A stretch of 64,000 nucleotides of DNA from positions 14,570,001-14,634,000 of the forward strand of contig CM022674.1 of NCBI GenBank assembly GCA_012295275.1. Direction: 5' to 3'. The stretch is from Chrysomallon squamiferum (Eukaryota > Animalia > Mollusca). This document shows positions 24,354 to 37,200 of this stretch, piece by piece. The notes below the pieces were generated by a model that searched no databases, was not told where the DNA came from, and was given only the letters and a program-made list of their open reading frames with translations. How positions within the stretch are numbered: position 1 is the stretch's first letter; each line of letters begins with the position of its first letter. The translations under genes were made by a program, and so were the position numbers.

Positions 24354-27300
24354 TTATCTTCGTCCATATTTAGGTTGACCTCCTTTGTTCTTACCAGCTG
24401 GAGCATTTGCCTTACCTGAAATAAATACAGGACGACTTTATTTTTGTTCTTTATTGTTATTATTATTTTTTTTGTTATTGTTACTATTATTATTACTGTT
24501 GTTGTTGTTGTTGTTATTGCTATTACTTTTGTAACTGTTATTGTAACTTTTATTATTATTACTATGTATGTATAAGAAGAAAAACAGAATGAAAGGGATA
24601 AATAATAAAAAAGAATAAGTCCTACTTACATCAAAATCAGATAATTATATATGTGTGCGAGTAAAGTTTAAATGACAGTCAAGAAAAAACAAGATAAATA
24701 CTTGAATGGGAGTGTTTAAATAATAAAAATAATAAGTCAGTGTTTAAAGTGATAATCTAAAATGAGTGTTTAAAGATAATTATATAGTAAGTGTGTCAGT
24801 GTTTAAAGTGATAAAAGTTTGTCAGTGAAAGATAATCACTGAGAGTGTAAGTGTTTAAAGTGATAATCTACTTGATGTATGTAAGTGTGTCAGTGTTTAA
24901 AGTGATAATCTACTTGATGTATGTAAGTGTGTCAGTGTTTAAAGTGATAATCTACTTGATGTATGTAAGTGTGTCAGTGTTTAAAGTGATAATCTACTTG
25001 ATGTATGTAAGTGTGTCAGTGTTTAAAGTGATAATCTACTTGATGTAAGTGTTTAAAGTGATAATCTACTTGATGTATGTAAGTGTGTCAGTGTTTAAAG
25101 TGATAATCTATTTGATGTATGTAAGTGTGTGAGTGTTTAAAGTGATAATCTACTTGATGTATGTGTGTCAGTGTTTAAAGTGATAATCTACTTGATGTAT
25201 GGAAGTGTGTCAGTGTTTAAAGTGATAATCTACTTGATGTAAGTAAGTGTGTCTGTTTTAAAGTGATAATCTACTTGATGTATGTAAGTGTGTCAGTGTT
25301 TAAAGTGATAATCTACTTGATGTATGTAAGTGTGTCAGTGTTTAAAGTGATAATCTACTTGATGTATGTAAGTGTGTCAGTGTTTAAAGTGATAATCTAC
25401 TTGATGTATGTAAGTGTGTCAGTGTTTAAGGAGATAATCTACTTGATGTATGTAAGTGTGTCAGTGTTTAAAGTGATAATCTACTTGATGTATGTAAGTG
25501 TTTAAGGAGATAATCTACTTGAAGGTTTGTTAAGAGCCAGCAGGCGTCTGGGATTGTTCCTGCAGCCCTTCGCTCCCATGAGATGAACCTTCCAACTGTC
25601 CTCCCCACTGGGAATGTTGTCGTGACAAAGTGGACAGTGGTTCTCAGAACTTGAAGCAGCTGTAAACAGTTTACAATTCAGATCAGCAACATTTTATATT
25701 AACTATTGACATTTTATATTAACTATTGACAACATTTTATATCAACTATTGACATAGTTTTATATTAACTATTAACAACATTTTATATCAACTATTGACA
25801 TAGTTTTATATTAACTATTAACAACATTTTATATTAACTATTGACAACATCTTATATTAACTATTGACAAGTGGACAGAGGTTCTCAGAACTTGAAGCAG
25901 CTGTAAACAGTTTTCAATTCAGATCAGCAACATTTTATATTAACTATTGACATTTTATATTAACTATTGACAACATTTTATATTAACTATTAACAACATT
26001 TTATATCAACTATTGACATAGTTTTATATTAACTATTGACAACATCTTATATTAACTATTGACACATTTTATACATTGACATAGTTTTATAGAACTTGAA
26101 GCAGCTGTAAACAGTTTACAATTCAGATCAGCAACATTTTATATTAACTATTGACATTTTATATTAACTATTGACAACATTTTATATCAACTATTGACAT
26201 AGTTTTATATTAACTATTAACAACATTTTATATCAACTATTGACATAGTTTTATATTAACTATTAACAACATTTTATATTAACTATTGACAACATCTTAT
26301 ATTAACTATTGAAATAGGTTTCAGATATTAACTATTGTAAACAGTTTTAAATTAAGATTGACAACATTTTATATTAACTATTGACATATTTTATATTAAC
26401 TATTGAAATATTTTATATTAACTATTAACAACATTTTTTAAATTAACTATTGACAATAGTTTTATATTAACTATTGACAACATTTTATATTAACTATTGA
26501 CAAGTGGACATAGTTTCTCATTAACTATTGACTGTAAACAGTTTTTTCAGCAACATTTTATATTAACTATTGACAGTTTTATCTATTTATAATTTAACAG
26601 TTTGTAATTTAGTTTATATATTACATATTAACTATTGACATAGTTTTAGCTATGAGGTAACATTATGTTTAATCCTCCAAACTGAGCAGTTTCTATTTTT
26701 GCCATCACATGTTGTTTATATGTTGTTTTTTATTAATAACATCAAGTTCATTAGACTATCAGCTGGTACAGACTGAAAAATGGGCATTGGAAGTTTCAGC
26801 CAGTTTGTCTGGTGTGCTCAGAGTATAAGTGTACATGTTTGTTTGTGTGGAAATTCAAGTTTATAATACAACTCTTTATAAATAACTTTACTATGAAATA
26901 ATGAGTTTTACTTTTATAAATGAACAATTAACAGTATAAAGCAGATAACCTTCTTCCCCAAGTCAGAATCTGTCTGGTCACGTTTATGTAACACACCAGG
27001 TTAACATCATTAATATTTATTTTCAAATCTTATTTATATGTGCCTGTAAAGCTGACACTTGACAGTGAAGGGGTTAAAGTCACTTACGGTTACAAAGTTT
27101 TTCTGCTATATGCTGGTCATACTCAGTCTTCAAGATGGCCTCTGTACATCGTGGACATCTTGTAAAGTTATTTTTAGCTTCACACTCTTTCAGCAGATGG
27201 TCTGTAAGACTGGCTATTTCCACAACCTGAAACAGTTAAATACATCTGAAAAAAATCTCCATTAATTAAAATAATACAGCTAAGATAAATTAAGTAAACA

Positions 27301-30300
27301 GACAGATACCAATAAGCAGATAAAAAGAGACATACATGGATGGTTAGATAGATAGATAGATAGACATACAAAAAGATAGATGAACAAAGACAGAGAAAAG
27401 CTTGACAAAATGACAGCTGAAAAGACACATAGATAAAAAACTAGACAAAGAGAAATGTACAGACAGACAGACAGACAAAAAGATACATAAAGAGACAAAT
27501 GAACAGACAGACATATAGAAAGATAGATAGATACACAGATAGAGATAAAAAGCTAGACAAAGAGACAAATTAACAAACATACAGACAGTCAGATAAATAC
27601 ACAGAGATAAAAAGCTAGACAAAGCAACAAATTAACAAATGTACAGACAGTCAGATAGATACACAGATAGCGATAAAAAGCTAGACAAAGACAAATTATC
27701 AAATGTACAGACAGTCAGATAGATACACAGATAGAGATAAAAAGCTAGACATAAAGACAAATTATCAAATGTACAGACAGTCAGATAGAGATAAAAAGGT
27801 AGACAAAGAGACAAATTAACAAATGTACAGACAGATAGATACACAGATAGAGATAAAAAGCTAGACAAAGACAAATTATCAAATGTACAGACAGTCAGAT
27901 AGATACACAGATAGAGATAAAAAGCTAGACAAAGAGACAAATTAACAAATGTACAGACAGTCAGATAGATACACAGATAGAGATAAAAAGCTAGACAAAG
28001 AGACAAATTAACAAATGTACAGACAGTCAGATAGATACACAGAGATAAAAAGCTAGACAAAGACAAATTATCAAATGTACAGACAGTCAGATAGAGACAA
28101 AAAGCTAACAAAGACAAATTATCAAATGCACAGACAGTCAGATAAATACACAGATAGAGACAAAAAGCTAGACAAAGAGACAGTTACACTGAGACATCTG
28201 ACAGAGAAAACTTTTGTGTGTGCTCAAAACATGAAACAACTAAAAGTGTGTTAGAAACAGAGATAAAGAGTATGAGGAAAGAGAATGAGAGAAAGAAAGA
28301 ATGAGAGAAAGAAAGATAGAGTGAGAGAAAGAATAACAGAGTGAGGATGCTGACATTCACAGCTAACAGTAATACTTAGTAACAAGTTTTACCTCTTTAC
28401 AGTTAGAACATCTCTTTAAGACAGGACAACTCTTCCAGAAGTGTAGATCTAAACCTTCGTCATCAAACGCATTGTTCCTCTCTCCACAGAAAATACAGAT
28501 CCTGAAACACAGAAAAACAGAAAATACACATCCTGAAACACAGAAAAACAGAAAATACACATCCTGAAACACAGAAAAACAGAAAATACACATCCTGAAA
28601 CAGAAAAACAGAAAATACAGATCCTGAAACACAGAAAAAAAACAGAAAATACAGATCCTGAAACACAGAAAAACAGAAAATACAGATCCTGAAACACAGA
28701 AAAACAGAAAATACAGATCCTGAAACACAGAAAAACAGAAAATACAGATCCTGAAACACAGAAAAACAGAAAATACACATCCTGAAACACAGAAAAACAG
28801 AAAATACAGATCCTGAAACACTGAAAATACAGATCCTGAAACACAGAAAAACAGAAAATACAGATCCTGAAACACTGAAAATACAGATCCTGAAACACAG
28901 AAAAACAGAAAATACAGATCCTGAAACACTGAAAATACAGATCCTGAAACATGAAAAATACAAATTCTGTAGCACAGAAACACATAAAATAGAGATCCTG
29001 AAACAAAGAATAAACAGTCATCCTCTCCATATTGATTTAATCACTTGAGTTAGGCCAAAGCTCTTAATGTGTTTTTGAAAGAAATCTCTTCAAATGAAAG
29101 AGTCAGCCAGTCAGTTGTTAAATAAACAATTACATCTCTGATCTATGAAGAATTAGACAGATTTTTGTGTTGTTTTTTCTTTCTCTGGTGAAGATACTTT
29201 GTAATAAACACATTATCAATATAAAGTTGTGCATGTGAACATAATTCATCTCTACTTAAGATGCTGTTTACAGTTCAAGTATTCCAGTCTCATGCAGGAG
29301 TGTTAAACATTTACTTACTTGTCCATCAGTGACATATCATCATCATAAACATGTACTTATATCATAAACATTTACTTACTTGTCCATCAGTGACACATCA
29401 TCATCAATAAACATGTACTTACATGATAAACATTTACTTACTTGTCCATCAGTGACACATCATCATCATAAACATGTACTTACATGATAAACATTTACTT
29501 ACACAATAAACATTTACTTACTTGTCCATCAGTGACACATCATCATCATAAACATTTACTTACACAATAAACATTTACTTACTTGTCCATCAGTGACACA
29601 TCATCATCATAAACATGTACTTACATGATAAACATTTACTTACACAATAAACATTTACTTACTTGTCCATCAGTGACACATCATCATCATAAACATTTAC
29701 TTACACAATAAACATTTACTTACTTGTCCATCAGTGACACATCATCATCATAAACACATCATCATCATAAACATTTACTTACACAATAAACATTTACTTA
29801 CTTGTCCATCAGTGACACATCATCATCATAAACATTTACTTACACAATAAACATTTACTTACTTGTCCATCAGTGACACATCATCATCATAAACATTTAC
29901 TTACTTGTCCATCAGTGACACATCATCATCAATAAACATTTACTTACACGATAAACATTTACTTACACAATAAACATTTACTTACTTGTCCATCAGTGAC
30001 ACATCATCATCATAAACATTTACTTACACAATAAACATTTACTTACTTGTCCATCAGTGACACATCATCATCATAAACATTTACTTACACAATAAACATT
30101 TACTTACACGATAAACATTTACTTACTTGTCCATCAGTGACACATCATCATCATAAACATTTACTTACACAATAAACATTTACTTACTTGTCCATCAGTG
30201 ACACATCATCATCATAAACATTTACTTACACAATAAACATTTACTTACACGATAAACATTTACTTACTTGTCCATCAGTGACACATCATCATCATAAACA

Positions 30301-33300
30301 TGTACTTACATGATAAACATTTACTTACACAATAAACATTTACTTACTTGTCCATCAGTGACACATCATCATCATAAACATTTACTTACACAATAAACAT
30401 TTACTTACACGATAAACATTTACTTACTTGTCCATCAGTGACACATCATCATCATAAACATTTACTTACTTGTCCATCAGTGATACATTATCATCAATAA
30501 ACATTTACTTACACAATAAACATTTACTTACACAATAAACATTTACTTACTTGTCCATCAGTGACACATCATCATCATAAACATTTACTTACACAATAAA
30601 ATTTACACTTGTCCATGTGACACATCATCATCATAAACACATAAACATGTACTTACACAATAAACATTTACTTACTTGTCCATCAGTGACACATCATCAT
30701 CATAAACATTTACTTACACAATAAACATTTACTTACACAATAAACATTTACTTACATGATAAACATTTACTTACTTGTCCATCAGTGACACATCATCATC
30801 ATAAACATTTACTTACACAATAAACATTTACTTACACGATAAACATTTACTTACTTGTCCATCAGTGACACATCATCATCATAAACATTTACTTACACAA
30901 TAAACATTTACTTACTTGTCCATCAGTGACACATCATCATCATAAACATTTACTTACTTGTAAACATTTACTTACATGATAAACATTTACTTACACAATA
31001 AACATTTACTTACATGATAAACATTTACTTACACAATAAACATTTACTTACACAATAAACATTTACTTACTTGTCCATCAGTGACACATCATCATCTTCT
31101 TTTGGAGATTTCTTTGTCTCTGGCTTTGATTTCTGAAACAAAATCAAGAAAAGATGATTACAAACATCACAATCCAGCTTTTAAATCTGTTTTAAAATTA
31201 GTGTAACTGGTGATAAATCTTAAAATTTGGTTCCATGCACAAAAGCCAGTGATAAAATGGGTGTCATACATTAGAGTCTTGTCAGCAGCACCTGACGGGT
31301 TTGTGGGTTGTGATTGGACTTTGTCCTCTTGAACCAGTGTGTCCCAGAAAATTGTCTGTGTCTAATCAGACGTACATAAAACAGAGAATATTCAAAATCC
31401 TAAACTACATACATACATACATACATACATATACACATACACATACACATACACACACATACATATGTGTGTGTGTCATTGTATATGAGTGTGTGCGTAT
31501 GCATCTTACTACATGATATTATTTTGTTACCTTGGTCACTGCTCCACTCTTTTTCGCTAAATTTTCATCAAGAGGCTGAAATAATAAAAATATAAAACTG
31601 TAAAAAGTTACTTACATAAAAAATGAATTTGTCAAACAATACACAAAATTATAGACAAAATTATTTAGACAAAATTATTTCAGGGTTTCTGCTGGAAACT
31701 ATTCAAGTTTCTACCAAGAGGTAAATAATAAAACAACAAAGATTAAAACTGATATCTGACAAAATTAAAAATATATTAAAATTGATATTAATGTAGGTAT
31801 TTATTTTAAGCAGCAAATAATTCTGAGATATTATTATTTCACCTGAAACTTTTAAAAATATTTCTTTTAAAAGTTAAAAAAATCATTAACACCACAAAAC
31901 AAAACAAAACAAAACAAAACAAACAAAAAATAGAAAAAGCCCCAGATAATAGCAAACATTTGAAAACAGAAAAAGAAAACAACTGAAAATAAAACAAAGG
32001 CAAATAATGTATGTTAAATATTTAAATAAATAAAATAATATTTATATATTATAGTATTATGCTGTTAAGTAGATATTATTTATTATTCACAGAACTTGAG
32101 AAAATGTCTCACACTGAATTAATGAAATCTTAACATCATCTAAAATTAATCTAACACACACACACACACATATATATACATATATATAACATACACACAT
32201 ATTTATATACAAACATATATACACATATTGTGTGTGTTATTATTGTATTTATTTTTTGTGAAATGCAATGAGGGACAGAGAGGTTGCTGAAATACTGGGT
32301 TACTCTTATCCACAAACAGACACTACATACCAGTGCCTTTAATTAGTATATCATGTAGTATTTGTTGCTAGGGAAACAGTCCAATACACAGAACAAATCT
32401 GTTATTTTAAATAAAGTTAACTCTATACAATATCCAGTAGCAATATAAATAATATTTTTATTTGTTCAACAAATCTATTTTGATATAGCCAGTTTCATAA
32501 CCTAAAAAATAAAAAAAATAATAATAATAATAATAATAAAATAAATAATTGGAAACAAGTACTTGTGTGAAACTAATTTTACTGTGAAAGTGACTTTCTA
32601 CATGAAGAGTTGAACTACTGTGTGAAATGTGATAAGTTATCTAAGCATAGCAAGTCTTAATACATACTTTATATTATTATTATTATTAATTATTATTATT
32701 ATATTATTATAGTAGTTTTTATTGTGTGAAATAAACAATTAATTATAAATATATAATCTTCATACATTTATTATGTTATTATTATTACTGTTGTTGTTGT
32801 TGTTGTTGCTTTGTGAAACAAACTGAGTGTGTGTTAATGATAAATACATAATCTTGGTAATAATATAAAAATATTATCAAGATGTTTTTCATGAACATCA
32901 TTACCATCATCATCTGACCAGCATAGTCATATTTTATTTATTGCTATTAACAGTATCTGTTTTTAAATAATAAAAATAATAATAATAATAATAATATTAA
33001 CAACAACAACAACTAAAATAATAATGACAATAATAACAGTAACACAACTAGTAATAATAATTCATTATTTCAGTAAAAGCAACACCTTTCATCTTCGTCA
33101 TCTTCTTTTTTAATATTGTAAAGATAATTTTGAAGAGAGTGAAGGAAGGAGTGTACAAGAGAAAGAAGGATGAGAGTTAAAGTGTTTTCTTTGTACACTC
33201 AAGTTACTGCAGATAAACTGTACACTCCACAAATACTCAAACTGTAAACACCTTCTCTGGACATCCAAGTGACTGTCTTAGTTTGGAATAAACATTTCTG

Positions 33301-33979
33301 TTTGATAAACCAGATTTTTCATCATCTGCTCAGCTGTGTCGCACACACAGTGATGTACAAGAGGAATTATGAGAAAGGAAACTTGACAATGACATAAATT
33401 ACTCTTTTTTTAAAACTATCAGTACGTGATTTTTTTTATATAACCCATAGAAAATGATACACACAGGGAGAATTTTCCTCTTCTGACTTCTAGTCTAAAA
33501 TTATTTTTTATTTATTTATTTATTATTTTTCTTTCCATTTACTGTCATTCATTTATGAACAAAGAATGATTTAAATCTGTACCAGCTTGTAACCAGAAAC
33601 AAAGCAATCACTTGGAGGTAGGTGCTCTGCAAGTCTCACTAGAACAGTTTAAATATTTAACTGGGTTCAGTTTTTACCACAAACACGGACCTTACCTTGG
33701 CAACAGCAAGCTTGAAACAAAAAGATAAAATACATTTTCACAACTCTTAATTATACACAATTAATATTTATTATAAATATCTGTCTGCTTCACAGCACTA
33801 GATGTTTGTGATTATAAACAATCACACACACACACACACATGTATGCATGCACACACTCACACACATACACAAACACACGCACAGGCTCAATAACTTGCA
33901 AACACAAACACAATAACACAAATCCTCACAGACAAACAGATTATCACTGTGAGTTGTAATCTATATGCATCTTTCATTT

Positions 33980-34042
<63 letters not shown>

Positions 34043-34234
34043 AACACACTCACACTCACTCCCTCATTTAACTAATAGTATATCCATTTCAATGACAAAT
34101 GTAGGATACATTAAATGATAAATATTTTCATATATTACACAGTTATATGTATTTTGGTTATATATCTTTGTACGTGCATGTTTTTGTTCATTGATTTGTG
34201 TGTGTGTGTGTCTGTCTGTGTGTGTGTGTGTGTG

Positions 34235-34285
<51 letters not shown>

Positions 34286-37200
34286 GTGTGTGTGTGTGTG
34301 TTTAATATCATATTTCTATGTTAAGAAAAGTTAAGGAAGAAGAAAAAAATGTGACATAATTAATCAGGGAATATAAAGTAACAATACTGAAAACTAAAAC
34401 AATTTCTTAAAAGTCTTGACAAAAACTGTTGCATTTAACAAAAAATAATAATAAAAATAACAAGTAAGTATTATTGTAAAGGAATGTAAAAAAAATAACA
34501 AATGTAGTGAAAGAATTAAAGACACTTAAAAATATATGAATGATGTTGGTTTCATACAGGGAAGTTTTTATTAAAGATGATATGTGATATGCTGCTTCTC
34601 AAATTTCGACAAATCAGAGGAGTTCTGTCTGGAACAGGAAATAATGAAGTCTGTAGTGTAGAGATGTTTTATACACAAAAGTTTCACTCTGTATTAAACT
34701 GATGATAAACTTTATTTACATAGTACATGGCTGACACATTTTCTTACATCACTTTGTCACATGTACAAAATATGGCATCAAACTGAGAATTTCAAAATTA
34801 ACATTTTCTACAGAATTTATTTCATCAAGAAACAAGTGTATGAAAATGTTTCAAGAAGTTTTTTGGATTCATTAATTAACCATGGCTGCTTGATACTTTC
34901 ATTTTTTCCAAGTCATATGATTTCAGGTCAAAGTTCATTATAGTTCTAAGCCAGTCATGGAATAAATAGAACACGAGCTCTGATTGGTTAAAAAAACATG
35001 TGAAGGAGAAGAGAAGTGCAAATACAACTATCTACACAAGACATTAAAATAATTTAAATGTGGACAGAAGCCAGCAGCATAGAATTAAAATATAAATAAA
35101 TATTTAAACATTTAAATGATAAATAAAAAATTTAAATTTTAAAAATCATATATATATATATTGAAATGCCCAAATTAAAAACAAATAAAAGTGACTCTTC
35201 TTTTGATTTTCTGCTTCTAAGCTATCATTTAACTCTTTTACAGTATTTTATAACTATATCAAAATACCGGTATTAATGAATAAACTGAAATAATAGATCT
35301 CTATAATATCAGTTATAGCTGACTGAAATGTCTCATGTAATTTTGAATTTCAGGTTTACTGAAACATTTACTGAAATATCCTTATAGTTAGTTAGCAGTT
35401 TATATTTTATTACTGTTTTGAAATATTTTAATGTAAATTTGATAAAGTTATGTGTATGTGTGTGTGAACAATTACTGAAAAGTCTGTTAGTAATTAATAA
35501 ATTAATTAATGTTTATTTTTCATAATATTTTTATTGTTTGAAATATTCTTATGTAAATCTGAATAATCATAATATTATATGAGAACATATTTTGATTTTT
35601 GTTTTGTTTTTTGTTCTAATATCATGATCACCATTGTTTTAAAAAATATTTTTGAAATTTAATTATGAACAACATTATGTTTTATACTGAAATATTTGTA
35701 ACAGCCCATGTATTTTATAATATCCCTTCTTTTGTTTGACTTTGTTTCTGGGTGTTTGTTTTATTTTTATTAATTTAGTTTTGTTAAATATATTTTATCT
35801 TTTGTAAATGAGGAATACTGTAACACAGTAACTGTAGTTATTATTCATGTGTCTGAAGATTTAGTGAAATCTTTTTAATTAGTTATTTGTCTTGTTTTTA
35901 TAACACCCTGTAAATTGTAATTTCATATAATGTGAACTTTGTGACGTTTACAAATATGTACATTGTCTGTAATTAATTAATTATGTTACACTTTCCTGTC
36001 AAAACAGTTTTTGAAGTGTTTTGTAAAGTTTATGAACACAAAAGCATGTGTAAGTAATTGTTTATGTTACAAATTCCTGTCAAAATGAATTCCTCCTCCA
36101 TCTTCGCCCATCAAGTCTAGCTACCAGGGGTTCTGTGAATAAAAAATATTTATTAAACAAATAAAGATATTTTAAAATACAACAACCAACTTCATTCAAA
36201 CACAAAACCAAATCTATCATTTTCTGTTTGTCTTTCAAGTGCCCATGAAATGCCATCTTTAAAAAAACAAATTGATTTTTTCACGTAACCCGATCATTTA
36301 GTTTAAACAAAACTTGAAGACAATTAAACTATCAATTTATATTCATAAAACGAAAAAACATGTATTTGAAAAAAACAAAAATAATAATCAAAAATAAAAT
36401 CACATTTGAAAATATATTTTAAAAATCATATTTATAAAAAAAATAGAAATGAAACTGAAGACAGTCGGATTACTGTAAAACAATTAATTTTTTCAAAGAT
36501 GGACTGGTTGTGGTCTCACTCACCAGTTTTCCTTGCTGCATTTCCTTCAGTTCCTGTAACTGTCTCTGCAGAGCCTCGATTTCAGCCTGCTTCTTAGCCT
36601 CCTGGTTCATCTTCTTTTTCTGTGAGGTAAAGTGCTGTCAGTTTACTGAGTGACAGGACAGTGAACTTATAAAACTGTAGACTAATCTAACTGTCAGTGA
36701 GTTTATTGAGTGACAGGACAGTGAACTTATAAAACTGTAGACTAATCTAACTGTCAGTGAGTTTATTGAGTGACAGGACAGTGAACTTATAAAACTGTAG
36801 ACTAATCTAACTGTCAGTGAGTTTATTGAGTGACAGGACAGTGAACTTATAAAACTGTAGACTAATAATCAGTGAGTTTAACTGTGTATTTCTGAACTTA
36901 TAAAACTGTCACTAATGTCTTTTATTACTCCTGACAGTGAACTTATAAAAACTGTGTCCTAATCTAACTGTGTATTTCTGCAATAAAATCTAACTGTGTA
37001 TTTCTGCTAATACTGTCACTAACCACTAACAACTCCTCCCTATCACTAATTTTAATGCTATTACATTACTACTACTAATACTGCAACTACTATTACCTCC
37101 TATCACTAATTTTAATACTATTACATTACTACTACTAATACTGCAACTGCTCTAATACTATCACTACTACTATTACATTACTACTACTAATACTGCAACT

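Noticed and set aside
26945-27077. Second piggyBac-like MITE
   Set aside because: The right end GGGTTAA is good, but the left terminus is too degenerate to support a call.
31270-31365. Possible extra CEP104 exon (TQTIFWDTLVQEDK...)
   Set aside because: The available donors give the wrong phase, and the flanking exons join in frame without it.
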